Positions 52,033 to 64,000 of a stretch of 64,000 nt of DNA are shown piece after piece. The stretch is from Eledone cirrhosa (taxonomy: Eukaryota): assembly GCA_964016885.1 (NCBI GenBank), contig OZ024746.1, positions 90,582,001 to 90,646,000 of the forward strand, given 5' to 3'. A program made the position numbers and the translations under genes. The notes beneath the pieces were generated by a model that was given only the letters and a program-made list of their open reading frames with translations, searched no databases and was not told where the DNA came from. Numbering within the stretch: position 1 is the first letter of the stretch; each line of letters starts with the position of its first letter.

Positions 52033-52373
52033 GTATATAAATGGATGTTAAATAGTGGTGATGATGATATATGCAGATAATTAGGTGATGTAACACAGTG
52101 AGGATAAACCAGTTTAGACATTTGGAAAGCTCTTCATGTCAGTAATGTACCCAAAGCGAAATAGTTATCACATGTGACAGAATTTCCATTTAGAAAATAT
52201 TAAGACAGAGTTACATTTACATGATTGTTTCATAATATATATTTTGATGACATGGTTATATTAATGATAGTCTCCATGTGACATCATCAGATCATACAAT
52301 TATGAGGTGTAGGTATGCTGCTGGTAAGGTATTACGATCTTGGTGTGATGTGAGTAAACACACACACATACAT

Positions 52374-52407
<34 letters not shown>

Positions 52408-52927
52408 TATACAATATATTAATAAATGGAAACTATATTTATAAAACCATAATTATTTTATTATATATATTTCAAGGGCAACCAAGGCAAATTTTAGTGC
52501 ACTTTCATCAGATAAAATACAAAATTTGTTTTATAAATGTTGACATACCCGTAGAAAAACAACCTTGACGGTCGAAGGTTCTCTGGATAGTGGAAATTCT
52601 TTTTTATTTAGGGTAATTCAAAGTTATGTGTGAGTATGCAAATGAATGTCAGAAAGAGATGAAAAAACAACAGTTTATTTAAATTATACTGTTGGAATAT
52701 AGTTTCCATTTATTAATATATTGAATATTTACTCCAGTAATCTGTTGAGTGCTTCATATTAGTTATAAAACTTTTAAGCTTGTTGAATCCCAACAAATTA
52801 AATATAACTTTTGCATATATAAAGGAGTGAAGAATAACACGGATCAGCTATACAGTAGGGTTTATTCCAAGTAGTAAGAAATGTTTCATCGAATCCCTAC
52901 TGTATAGCATTCTTCATGCCTTCATTA

Positions 52928-53045
52928 CTGAGTTCAAATCCCGCCGAGGTTAACTTTGCCTTTCATCCTTACGGGGTCGATAAAATAAAGTACCAGTGAT
53001 GTACTGGGTAATTGCTGGCCGTGTGCCAAAAGTAGAAACAATTAT
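52928..53045 (+). mobile_element. SINE family B 3' part
   Basis: B-box, conserved block, tail. Confidence 0.9.
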
Positions 53046-53239
53046 TAATACTCCAGGAACAACTTACCTAGGAACTGTCTGGAATCGGTCACCCAAACAC
53101 CACAACTAGGTAAACATCTTGTCGAGTCAAACAACGACACACGTTAGAATCATCCACTGTACAGATTACTCATAACCTCTATTTGGATTACCTTATACGG
53201 TACCTCGTTTTTTATATATATTTATATATATGACATATG

Positions 53240-53565
53240 TGAAGGCATGTGGCTTAGTGGTTGTAACACTGAGCTCACAATCGTAAGGTTGTGAGTTTGA
53301 TTGCCAGATCAGGTTATATGTTGTGCTCTTGAGCAAGACACCTTATTTCGCATTGTTTCAGTTCACTCAGCTGCAGAAATGAGTTGCGACGTCACTGGTG
53401 CCAAGCTGTATCGGTCATTGCCTTTCCCTTGGACAACATCAGTGGCGTGGAAAGGGAAGGCTGGTATGTATGGACGACTGCTGATCTTTGACAAACATCC
53501 TTGCGCCTCAGGGGGGAACTTTCTAGGTGCAAAACCAAGGTCATTTGTGACTGAAGAGGGACTAC
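53240..53565 (+). mobile_element. tRNA-derived SINE, family A2
   Basis: GAAGGCATGTGGCTTAGTGG head; body shared with 42160-42446. Confidence 0.85.
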
Positions 53566-53632
53566 CACAATGACAATATATATATATATATGCGTGAGTC
53601 CTGGGCTCAATCAGGGGGGTGGGGTGTAACCG

Positions 53633-53669
<37 letters not shown>

Positions 53670-55104
53670 GAATGTGTGTGTGACTGTGTTTATGTTTATT
53701 CTATTACATTGTATATATTCTTTGCTAATCATCATCATCATTTAACATCTGTTTTCTGTAGTAGAAAGGGTTGGATGGGTCATTACAAACCAAGTCAGTA
53801 TTTAATCTGAGCTACTGACTTTTCAGACTGGATCACATACAGCATCTCGATTACATACATTTCCATACTTTACAGAGTGTACAGGGTGCATTTTATCGTT
53901 TAAAAGATTGTAATTTAAATTGGAAACCTTTAAAATGGGTGACTTTATTTCATAGAACCAGAGCCAGTTTTGGCTGGGTTTGGTAACTGAAGGGTTAACC
54001 AAAACCAAATAATTTCTCAGTGACAATGTTAAATATTACTAACAATAAAAAAGCCAATAGCAGAGAAAAATATAATGGAATTGCACCCGAATAAATCCCA
54101 TTACCCCGGTCAGTCTAGACAGGACACTTAACTGTTTAAACCAGCCATATATGACTACCCCTTTCTCTTCACACTAGTTGTAACTGGCAGCTCATATCTA
54201 CGTTAAGTTATTGTTTTCAAAATAAATAATAACATCACCATAATCTCGTAGATTCAATATTATGTAGAATATTTATGAGAGATAAAGTCTTTTCCACAAA
54301 ACTACAATAGTATATATAGATTAATGTTAATAATAAATAGTTAAATTTCTAATTAAAGATTGAAAACAATTCTTAAATATTGTCAATTAAATTCTACCAA
54401 CACCAAACTTTTACTAAAAGGTTATTTTTGCTGCAGTATGAAATAAACTACTTTTACTAAGCTTGTCAGCAACTTGATACTGAATAAACATAACAGAAAA
54501 GTAAAAATAAAAGTAAGAAAATGTTCTCAAAATATGCAAATTTAATGCAATAATTTGTCTGAATTATAATTCCATCAACACTCACAATTAAATTATATTT
54601 TTCCACAAATGGAAATGTAATTACAAATATAGAGAAATATAAATAACATCTATTTATAACAGTTTAAGCTGTTAACAATATAGGAATATTAAATTTTAAA
54701 TGTCATTCAAAATACTAAACATCAGATATAAGATGATGGTTCTTTACTGATATACAAAACTGCCTGAAACTCTTCCTGGTTTTACATTACAAAACTGTTT
54801 TAAAGTATTTATAATTATTATCTAAAAACCTTCCGTCATAAATTTTATGTCAGAATCTTTAAACAGCTTATTAACCTTCAGCACGCTCAACTTTATTTTT
54901 ATGAATTCTTTCCCTTGGCACTGCATTAAGGGGGGATCACTCTATTGTCGCCAACAGTGCATTAAAGGTTTTAATAGGGAACTTAGATGACTAAATCACT
55001 CCAAATTCTTGACCATTCTCAAAATGGCATGAAAATCTTAGGCAGTGTCTTCCTTGTAGTAAAGAAAGAGTTAAGAAAGTCAATGCTACAACTGAAGTTT
55101 TAAG

Positions 55105-55495
55105 TACACTCCAGGTAGAGCTTCTACTTCTTCGAAATTGAGATATCAGCTCTTATACTATGGGCATGTGGTTAGAATGTCTCAGGAGATCAGAGAGTCA
55201 CACCTGGTAGAGTCACTACTTCTTCAAATTGAGATCATAGCTCTGGTACTATGGACATGTGATTAGAATGTCTCAGAAAAGAATTGCTGGATAGATTTTA
55301 CAAGCAAAACCAACTGGCAGTAGACCCAGGGGTAGACCCTGAGAAAGATGGTTGGATAACATCCATGAGTTTGGCTGGTCTCATTTGGGGATCCAGTCAA
55401 ATCAGTTGAAGATGGTAGCTTTCAACAAGACCTGCTGGAAGGAGTGTTTGATGACTCTACCATCATGACCCTCTCAGGAATAAGTGTGCAAAGAA
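55105..55495 (+). mobile_element. degenerate RTE-like LINE C-terminus with a ~95-bp tandem duplication
   Basis: LLLQIE..LWYYGHVIRMSQ...KPTGSRPRGRP..RWLDNI remnant; the first ~80 bp are duplicated. Confidence 0.7.
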
Positions 55496-55837
55496 GAACT
55501 TAAAAAGTGAGAACATTGCATTCAGTAAAGAAATGATCACATTTTTTTACATGAGGGAGCCAATAAATTACCAATTTAAAGGAGGAATCAATGACATAGC
55601 TACAATATTATTTTAGCATATATTGCCAAATATAATATACAGTTCTACCTTTAATCAGTTTCATACCAAACTGCTTCATATCACCTTGGTTCTATGATAT
55701 TAAGCTTTTTTAAAGTGTTTATATTTATCTAAAACCTTCCATCATAATCTTATGTAAGAACCTTTGGTTAAGTTATGTTCCAAACATCAACTTAATAAAG
55801 AGAAAATTAGCTATATTATTACTAAATCACTCAGGGC

Positions 55838-55998
55838 AGTAGATTGGCAGTATTGGTAGAGGGTCGGATGCCATGCTTTGCAGCATAGAGTTACAGCGCT
55901 TTATGATCTGAGTTCAAATCCCGCCGAGGTTAACTTTGCCTTTCATCCTTACGGGGTCGATAAAATAAAGTACCAGTAATGCACTGGAGTAATTGTTG
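55838..55998 (+). mobile_element. SINE family B
   Basis: Head, B-box, conserved block; followed by a ~27-bp C-rich minisatellite at 56005-56157. Confidence 0.9.
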
Positions 55999-56414
55999 TA
56001 ATGCCCCTCCCCCTCCAAGCCACGTAATACAGCCCCATAATACCCTCACCACCCCCTCACAGCCACGTAATACCATCACCCCACCTCACAGCCCTGTAAT
56101 ACCCTCACAGCCACGTAATACCATCACCCCCCCCTCACAGCCACGTAATACCCTCAGCGCCCCACCCCCATTTCCAGAGACTTGTTTCCATGCAAATTGT
56201 AAATAATATATAATAAATAAATTCGTTAATTTATATATAATAAATATGTATAAATAAATATTATATATTTTACTATATATATATAATATGTATCATTTGA
56301 TATTTAATATACTGTTATATCATCTCTAGCGCCTCATTAGGGTGCAGGACCCCCCTAGACCTCCTTAGAGTCCACTTTGAGAACCTCTACTCTAGATCAG
56401 GATTTATTACAGGG

Positions 56415-56581
56415 ATTTCCTGTAGTTGTGTGGCTAAAGAATCCCCTATATGGTCATAGAGTTTCATTCCAAATGTGTGACAGCTTGGACAAGTGTCACA
56501 ACCTTAGGCTAACTAATGCCGTGTCAGTTAAATTTGGTAGACAGAAACTGTGTAGAAGTCCATCATGTCTGTGTGCCATAT

Positions 56582-56635
<54 letters not shown>

Positions 56636-56870
56636 TGAAATTTGGTAGACAGAAACAGTGCAGCAGTGTGTGATGTGTGTGCGTGTGTGTTTGTGTGTGT
56701 GTAGTGAAATTTGTTAGACAGAAACAGTGCAGAAGTCTATCAAGTGTGTGCGTGTGTTTGTGTGTGCGTAGTGAAATTTGTTAGACAGAAACAGTGCAGA
56801 AGTCTATCATGTGTGTGATGTGTGTGTAGTGAAATTTGTTAGACAAAAACAGTGCAGAAGTCCATCATAT
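56415..56870 (+). mobile_element. degenerate SINE (family E) whose 3' end plus (GT)n is tandemly reiterated ~5 times
   Basis: GTGAAATTTG.TAGACAGAAACAGTGCAGAAGTC repeated; related fragment at 46190-46310. Confidence 0.65.
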
Positions 56871-56890
56871 ATGTGTGCGTCTATGTCATA

Positions 56891-56926
<36 letters not shown>

Positions 56927-57200
56927 TTTACAATTACTATTTGTTTATGTCCAGTAACTTAGTGATTTGACAAAATTCCTTAAAGAGGATAAACCAGCAT
57001 GGTTGTTATCCCATGACTGAAACCAGGGAAAGAAAAGTAACAACGTAGAGGAAATATGATATATAAACAAACAGGAAACATGATATATAAACAACTAAAT
57101 CAATCTTAACAAATATAACCAGACTGTCAGTTAAGTAAAAACACTACTAGCTGCAAGTGTATGACTATATATGACTATAGCATTAGTAGTAATTTCTTAC

Positions 57201-57370
57201 CTCTTAAATGAAGAGCTCTATAACTTAGTCTGTCACAGGTCTCCTTTTCTTCCTGGCAAACTAATTTATTTGTTTCAACTGTTTATATGTATTATTTGTC
57301 CCCTGCTATGACCATAACTAATTCCTTCAGTTCTTCTGTTCCATTTTAAGTAAAATATGTCTTTCTTTTT
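57201..57370 (-). other. candidate non-coding (UTR/lncRNA) exon
   Basis: Acceptor TTGTTTATTTCTATAG| and donor GAG|GTAAGA; stops in all three frames. Confidence 0.25.
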
Positions 57371-57916
57371 CTATAGAAATAAACAACCTAAAGTACTTTT
57401 GGTTTCTCTATTATCAGAGATTGATGTTTACTATAATAGCTGAGCAATTAGAGGGTCCAAATGTCAATAGGTTTTTTTTTTGTGTGTATTCTTTAGACTG
57501 TGACATGTTTATAACTTTGAACTGGTAGTTAAAAATACAAGGATAGAATGACTTAAATGCTTTAGGATTGAAATGAAAGTGAAAGAACTTTATATTGTAA
57601 TATGAAATATACATTTGATAAAAGTTTACTTTAGTCATCAGTTATTGAGTAACAGAAAGTACTTCATGGTTTGGAATAAAATCATTGCTTTTTTTTAGTT
57701 CAATAGATTAATTATTCTGTTTTTTAAATAACATATTTCCTTTGACATGTTCGGCCCAAAGGCCAATGTCATTATCTTGATATTGTGTTGATAAACTTGT
57801 TTAGATCAGTTTGATGAGATAATGGGAAAATTTCAGTAGGGAACATACAGAACAGCTTTCACAGTTGACACTTGAAATCAGTTTCATTAAATATGAGCTC
57901 AAACATCTCTCTCTGT

Positions 57917-57953
<37 letters not shown>

Positions 57954-57955
<2 letters not shown>

Positions 57956-58253
57956 ATCATTTTACGTCCGCTTTTCCCTGCTTGCAAGGGTGGGACGGGA
58001 ACTGATTCTGGCTTGATTTCTACAGCTGGATGCTCTTCCCAACACCAACCTCATTTACAGTGAGTGCTGGGTGCTTTTTTTTTTCAGTGGCACCTCCACG
58101 ACCACTTTACAGTGGAATGATATGGACCCCAGTCCCTATCATCTCATTTCTACAGCTGAGTAAACTGGAGCAATGTGAAATAAAATGTCTTGCTCAAAGA
58201 AACAACACATCACCCGGTCTGAGAATTGCAAGCCCAATGCTCTAACCACTAAG
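57954..58253 (-). mobile_element. SINE family A
   Basis: Reverse complement of 3280-3628 with a small head deletion. Confidence 0.9.
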
Positions 58254-58708
58254 CTATATATATATATTTACACACTTTTGGATGGTCATTGACTCTTATG
58301 AGTTCTTCCGCATGTACTTATGTATGTATATGTATATATACATGGGTGCATGTGTATGCATATTTGCGGGGACATAGAAATAGTCGGGCTGGACACCCAA
58401 TCGCGCGGTTAAACCACTGGGAGTGAAGGACTCCTAGCCTTTGTCGAGCCAGTCTTCTTGGAGAAGGCAACTCAGGAAACTGGAATAACTCCGATATAAA
58501 ACCTGCGGCTCAGTAGTTACCGATGATGTTGATCTTTTCTTCTTTTCGGGTTATAGCTAATGTCGCTCAGAGAGTGGGATTGGCTCAGTGCAGTCTTTCC
58601 TCACTTTAAAAATGATCTTCACACACAGGCATTGCACGATAGAATTAATTAATAATTATTAATAATGGTATATCGTGCAATGGCCATACTTGATAACGAA
58701 GGGGCAGC

Positions 58709-58742
<34 letters not shown>

Positions 58743-58979
58743 GTTTAACGTCCGTGTTCCATGCTTGCATGGGTTTGGACGGGAGTTTTATATATACACA
58801 CACACACTCAAAGACACACAATTAACTCTATATTATCATGGATTTAAGTATGTGTCTCTGGGTGTGTGTACATAAACATACAACACACCCATTTTATAAA
58901 TATATGTATATCCTGTTCAACCCATACAAATGTGAAACAGCGGATGTAAAACGATAATAATGATAATGATATATATAAA

Positions 58980-59620
58980 GAAGGAATCAAGAGCTAATGA
59001 CCTGCTTAGTCACTCAGGTAATATAGGATTGAGTCATACCCAGTGATACAGGCAGCAATTTACTCAGCTGCAACAAAGGAAAAGGTGATGCTCTGAAAAG
59101 AGCAACTAGAGAAGCATAAAACTAATGGACTGAGTTATAAAAGTGATGGAAAGAGTTATAGCACAGCTAATTAGGGAAATAGTGAAAATAAATGAGATGC
59201 ATTTGGTTTTGTACCTGGGAGAAGTATCACAGATACCCTCTTCTTAATGAGACAGCTGCAAGAGAAGTTCCTAGCTAAGAGTAAAGCCTCTATATTCAGT
59301 TTTTGTTGATATAGAAAAGACCTTTGACAGAGTAACTCGATCTGTCATCTGGTGGTCCTTAAGAAAATTAGGTGTAGAAGAATGGCTTGTGAGAGCAGTG
59401 CAAGCTATGTACAGAGCAGCTGTCAGTAAAGTGAAATTAGGAAATGAGATTAGTGAGGAATTCAAGGTACAGGAGGTGTGTGTCAAGGTTCAGTTCTTAG
59501 CCCACTGCTGTTCATCATTGTTCTCCAGGCCATATCAGAAGAGTTTAGGACTGGCTGCCCATGGGAATTTTTCTATGCAGATGATTTGGTCCTTATAGTT
59601 GAATCCATAGAACTAGAGAA
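58980..59620 (+). mobile_element. degenerate RTE reverse transcriptase fragment
   Basis: KGKGDAL, FGFVPGRSITD, FVDIEKTFDRV, QGSVLSPLLF and YADD motifs across frameshifts. Confidence 0.92.
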
Positions 59621-60618
59621 TAAGTCCCCCCCCCCTCATTGTCCTTTTTACGGGTTAGACGGGACTTACTGAGGCAATGTGTTACAGGTTACCAATTTTA
59701 GGACCAACACTTTTAGTTATTTTTGACAGCATGTCAATACACATCCTGTTCAGCTTGAATTCATGCAGTTTGATACTTAAATGGTAAACCTAGCCCCCAC
59801 ACCTGCGTAGCTCCACACCTGCCCAGCCCTCACATCTGCCCAACAACATTAATTTTTATCTAATTCTTCCATGCAGAAAGAAGTTCAAAGGACCATTTAT
59901 TGATACAGAGTAGTGCACTGGCAGAATTGTTAGACAAGATACTTCCCTCTATTTATTTACACTCCTCTAAAATTTAGTTCAAACCTCACCAAATTCAACT
60001 TTCCCTTTTCATTCATCCAGGGTTTATATAATAAAGTACCTATCAAGTACTGGGTCAACATAATTGACTGTACCCATCTCCCAAATCTTGTGCTTTCAGC
60101 ACATGTTAGAAAAATAGGGTGACCACAAAAACATTCCTTCATTTCAAATACTTATAATATCAAAACTTAACTGAATATTCTTACAATATCGGTGGCTATA
60201 TTTGCCTAAACTAACAAAGTTTCTTTCATCATTTGCAGAATTGACTTCATCCACTAGATGACAGTGTAATTCAAGATGGCGTTCACTCCACAACAACGTA
60301 GATGGTGTGTTTTTGTAGTCAACTTGTATATTATTTTGAATACTTAATACAAATAGCTGATAGTAAAAAAAATCTGAAATATTTTTCCTCGATATCATTT
60401 CCTATGTACACAACTAAAAAATGAAAAATTGACAATGAGAGGCGTCAACTTTATAGAAATGGCACCAGAATGTCCTTCAGATAAAAACACATCGACTGAA
60501 ACAAAAGTAACATTGGATAATGTAATTCAAGATACACTACTTCTGAAAACTGATGCGATGGTGTTGGATAGATTATTAGCCAACAAAAAGAGTAAATTAA
60601 AAATAAACTGTTAAACAA

Positions 60619-60802
60619 ATAATTGTTTCTACTTTTGGCACAAGGCCAGCAATTATCCCAGGGTATTACTGGTACTTTATTTTATTGGCCCCGTAAGGAT
60701 GAAAGGCAAAGTTAACCTCGGCGGGATTTGAACTCAGATCATAAAGGGCCGTAATTCTTTGCTGCAAAGCATGGCATCCGACTCTCTACCGATACTGCCA
60801 AT
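60619..60802 (-). mobile_element. SINE family B with TSD TAAACAAATAAT
   Basis: Direct repeat at 60612-60623 and 60802-60813. Confidence 0.92.
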
Positions 60803-61774
60803 AAACAAATAATGTTTGCTTGTGTGGGGGGGGGGGGATGTTTCAGTACAGTGGAACCGTGGTTCACAAATTCCTCTCATCGTGAACACAAATAGATTAC
60901 ATCGTCACTGCAAAACAGGACAGGTTGTGAACAATAGCTGACCAAAGGAACAAGGAGTGAAAAATGTCCCTCTCAACATAGACTAGTGACTAACAACCAT
61001 AAGAACCAGTCAGACTCAGAGACACAAGACAATCAGCAAAGGAAGTTATAAATCTGGGGTTCCTACCCCTTTCTGCATCATCACCCACTTCACATATAAA
61101 TATTTTGTACAGTAAATATTCAAAAGCATACCAAAAATGTTTGGTAAAAGTTTGTTACTGGTTCGTTATTCCCATTTAACCGTGAGTTTCTTTTTTATAC
61201 AGGTGTTTTGTATATCGCTTTGAATATTTTTTGTGGGGTAGCATATTTTCAAATGCCTTCTTAGTACTCAAAATCCTATATTATCCATGGAAATCGCCAA
61301 TCAGAGAAACCCTGCTATAGATAGATGTTAAAAGACACCCCCCCCCCCCCACACACACAGCAAGACATTGGTTCTGAAATGTACTAGTTTATGGCAGAAG
61401 AGGAGATAAAGACATAGAGCTGAGAGGTCTACTGGGAGCTCCTATGAGACAACCTGCTGCAAGTAACAAACCACATTTGTGAGTGAAGCAAGGTTCTAGC
61501 CAGTTGATAAAACCATAACAATGTGAAAGATTTAGAAAGATAAGAAGGAATATTAAGAAACTAGAGACTATAGATATTTAGCAAGAAAAAAAGTAAAAAA
61601 TAGGGGGTTCACACATGTTCTACAGCATGATTGTAAAGCAGTGTAGTACTGAAGAGAATGAAGTGTGTATGGAATGATAGAAGTACACTTGCCCCTCGCT
61701 GGTGTTGGGGGGGGGGGGGTGAAACATGGAAATGTAATGACGAAAGTGTAATTCATGGCAGAGAGAGATGGGGA

Positions 61775-61980
61775 AAAGAGAGAGAGAGAAAGAGGTGGAG
61801 AAAGAGAGAGAGAGAGAAAGAGGTGGAGAAAGAGAAAGAGAGAGAAAGAGGTGGAGAAAGAGAAAGAGAGAGAAAGAGGTGGAGAAAGAGAAAGAGAGAG
61901 AAAGAGGTGGAGAAAGAGAAAGAGAGAGAAAGAGGTGGAGAAAGAGAAAGAGAGAGAAAGAGGTGGAGAGAGAGAGAGAG
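61775..61980. repeat. purine-rich minisatellite (AGAAAGAGGTGGAGAAAGAG...)
   Basis: Seen directly. Confidence 0.93.
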
Positions 61981-62084
61981 AACCTACCCCAAGTTTAGAG
62001 CTATGAGGTAGAAAGTGTAATTAAGAAAATGAAGAATAGGAAAGACAGTTAGACCATCTGAAATGCTGCCTAATATCTCACAAT

Positions 62085-62379
62085 GGCTTGCAATCGAAAG
62101 GTTGTGAGTTCAATTCTCAGACCGGGTGATGTGTTGTTTCCTTGAGCAAAACACTTTATTTCACATAGCTCCAGAAATGAGATGATAGGGACTGGGGTCC
62201 CTATCATTCCACTGCAAAGTGGTCGTGGAGGTGCCACGGCAAAAGAGCACCCAGCACTCACTGTAAATGAGGTTGGTGTTACAAAGGGCATCCAGCTGTA
62301 TAAATCAAGCCAGAATCAGTTCCCGTTCCACCCTTGTAAGCAGGGAAAAGTGGATGTAAAATGATGATGATGATGATGA
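62085..62379 (+). mobile_element. SINE family A, 5'-truncated
   Basis: B-box, body and (GAT)n tail. Confidence 0.9.
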
Positions 62380-62387
62380 TATATATA

Positions 62388-62622
62388 ACGATTTTAATAA
62401 GTTTCATGATTAATCCATCTACTTTGATGCCACCATAGTTACCTAATGCACCTCCTTTACCCTTGTAGCAGTTTACAATGATACTACCCCAGCAGTGACT
62501 GGGTATGACATCATCCAGTACTACTTGATTATATTTGACTAGCTCAGAAGCTACCATGCCAGATATATTCAGTATCTCAGCAACTATACCAGATGGTCCA
62601 GTTGTCTTCTCTACCTTCATAT
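62388..62622 (-). mobile_element. RTE ORF2 fragment (pre-RT region)
   Basis: MKVEKTTGPSGIVAEIL...IPSHCWGSIIVNCYKGKGGALGNYGGIK. Confidence 0.85.
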
Positions 62623-62640
62623 CATTATTACTGGGCTGTC

Positions 62641-62784
62641 CAGCATAGTTACGTCTCTTTACAATCTGAGTTCAAATCCCGCCGAGGTTGACTTTGCCTT
62701 TCATCCTTACGGGGTAGATAAAATAAAGTACCAGTAATGCACTGGGTAATTGCTGGCCTTGTGCCTAAAGTAGAAACAATTATT
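62641..62784 (+). mobile_element. SINE family B, 5'-truncated, 17-bp TSD
   Basis: ATTATTACTGGGCTGTC at 62624-62640 and 62779-62795. Confidence 0.93.
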
Positions 62785-62948
62785 ACTGGGCTGTCATTTT
62801 TACCATGATTCATCACAAAATGAACAGAAATATGTTTATATTTGAATAAGGTTGATTACTTTCTCATAGTACATGTGTAGAAAACATGCGGCCAAATATA
62901 TAACACACATGTATGCTCCCATTCAAACGTGTTTAGAATAAAGATTGT

Positions 62949-63353
62949 TTAACCCTTTAGCATTTAAACCAACCATATCTGGCCAGAATTCTCTCACCTC
63001 TTTCTGTTCAAACCAGCTGTAACCAGCTGCTCATACTGATGTTAAGGTATTTTTCTCAAAATAAATAATTGTTTCTACTTTTGGCAAAAGGCCAGCAATT
63101 ACCACAGTGCATTACAGGTACTTTGCCTTTCATCCGTACAGGGTTGATAAAATAAAGTTAACCTCGGTGGGATTTCAAACTCATACTGTAAAGGGCTGTA
63201 ACTCTATGCTGCAAATCATGGCGTCCGATCCTCTACTAATACTGCCAAAATAAATAATATCAAACTCTCATAGATTCGATATTATGTGATATAAAGTGTT
63301 TACCATGAAAATATAATAGTATGTATGGAGTAATGTAAATGCTAAAGGGTTAA
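62949..63353 (-). mobile_element. piggyBac-type MITE family C carrying a nested SINE B (63065-63247)
   Basis: TTAA|CCCTTTAGCATTTA...TAAATGCTAAAGGG|TTAA; the SINE is flanked by TSD CAAAATAAATAAT. Confidence 0.92.
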
Positions 63354-63480
63354 GCTGAGACAAAGTTTCTTGTATGATTTCTAACATAAGAAAGTTGGCT
63401 GAAAAGTTCAAAGACTGATCAAGATACTCTCATGGAATGACCAAACGAGGTTAATTTTTCAACATAGTCCCTGGAAAGAA

Positions 63481-63829
63481 ACAACAACGCCACCACCACC
63501 ACTGCCGTCATCATCAACCCCACCGTCACCATCATCACCACCACCACTGTCATCACCATCGTCCTCACCACCACCACCGCCACCACCATCACCATTATCC
63601 TCGCCACCACCACCGCCATCACCGTCATCCTCACCACCACTACCACCCCACCACCATCACCACCGCCACCCCACCACCGCCATCATCCTCACCACCGCCA
63701 CCACCGTCATCATCACCACAGCCACCACACCACCATCATCCTCACCACCACCACCACCATCATCCTCACCACCGCCACCGTCACCACTACCATCATCATC
63801 CTCACCACCACCACCACCGTCACCACCAC
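63481..63829. repeat. (CAC/CAT)n low-complexity tract
   Basis: Seen directly. Confidence 0.95.
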
Positions 63830-64000
63830 TGTTCAATGTCCCTGTTTCCACCCTAGTTAAGGGTTCTCCTTATATGGAGAAGTCTAGAAGCTGCTGCTGT
63901 AATGAAGCTGTAAAAGGTTGATAAGGTGAAACAGTATCGCAGAGATAGAAGTTGATTGCGATCATTAACGAGATAATAGATTCGTTAGTCCCCGTATCAT

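Noticed and set aside
52548-53160. Isolated minus-strand donors (CGG|GTATGT near 52548, TAG|GTAAGT near 53067) as exons
   Set aside because: Acceptors are weak or frames are closed, and such motifs are expected by chance in 64 kb.
60276-60320. MAFTPQQRRWCVF as a mariner-type transposase N-terminus
   Set aside because: Too short, with no continuing frame or TIRs that I could identify.

Overview
AT-rich, repeat-dominated eukaryotic non-coding DNA. The SINE families, RTE LINEs and very high microsatellite load are consistent with an octopus/coleoid cephalopod genome (inference). No complete, recognisable host gene is present, and nearly all long ORFs in the track are microsatellite artefacts. 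The window holds: (i) several minisatellite/satellite arrays (70, 72, 76, 58, 48, 32, 31 and 22 bp units, some with higher-order structure); (ii) about 30 tRNA-derived SINE copies of at least three families; (iii) piggyBac-type (TTAA) and pogo/Tc1-type (TA) MITEs; (iv) non-LTR retrotransposon fragments of the RTE, CR1/L2, Tx1/L1-like and CRE clades, including a young RTE 3' fragment with a C4HC3 PHD finger inside ORF2; (v) several minimal type-I hammerhead-ribozyme motifs and fold-back inverted repeats of the kind associated with Penelope-like elements; and (vi) a tentative minus-strand chain of small exons (13576-13495, 7985-7939, 5173-~5084) that stays in frame when spliced. All family assignments are by eye, with no database search.
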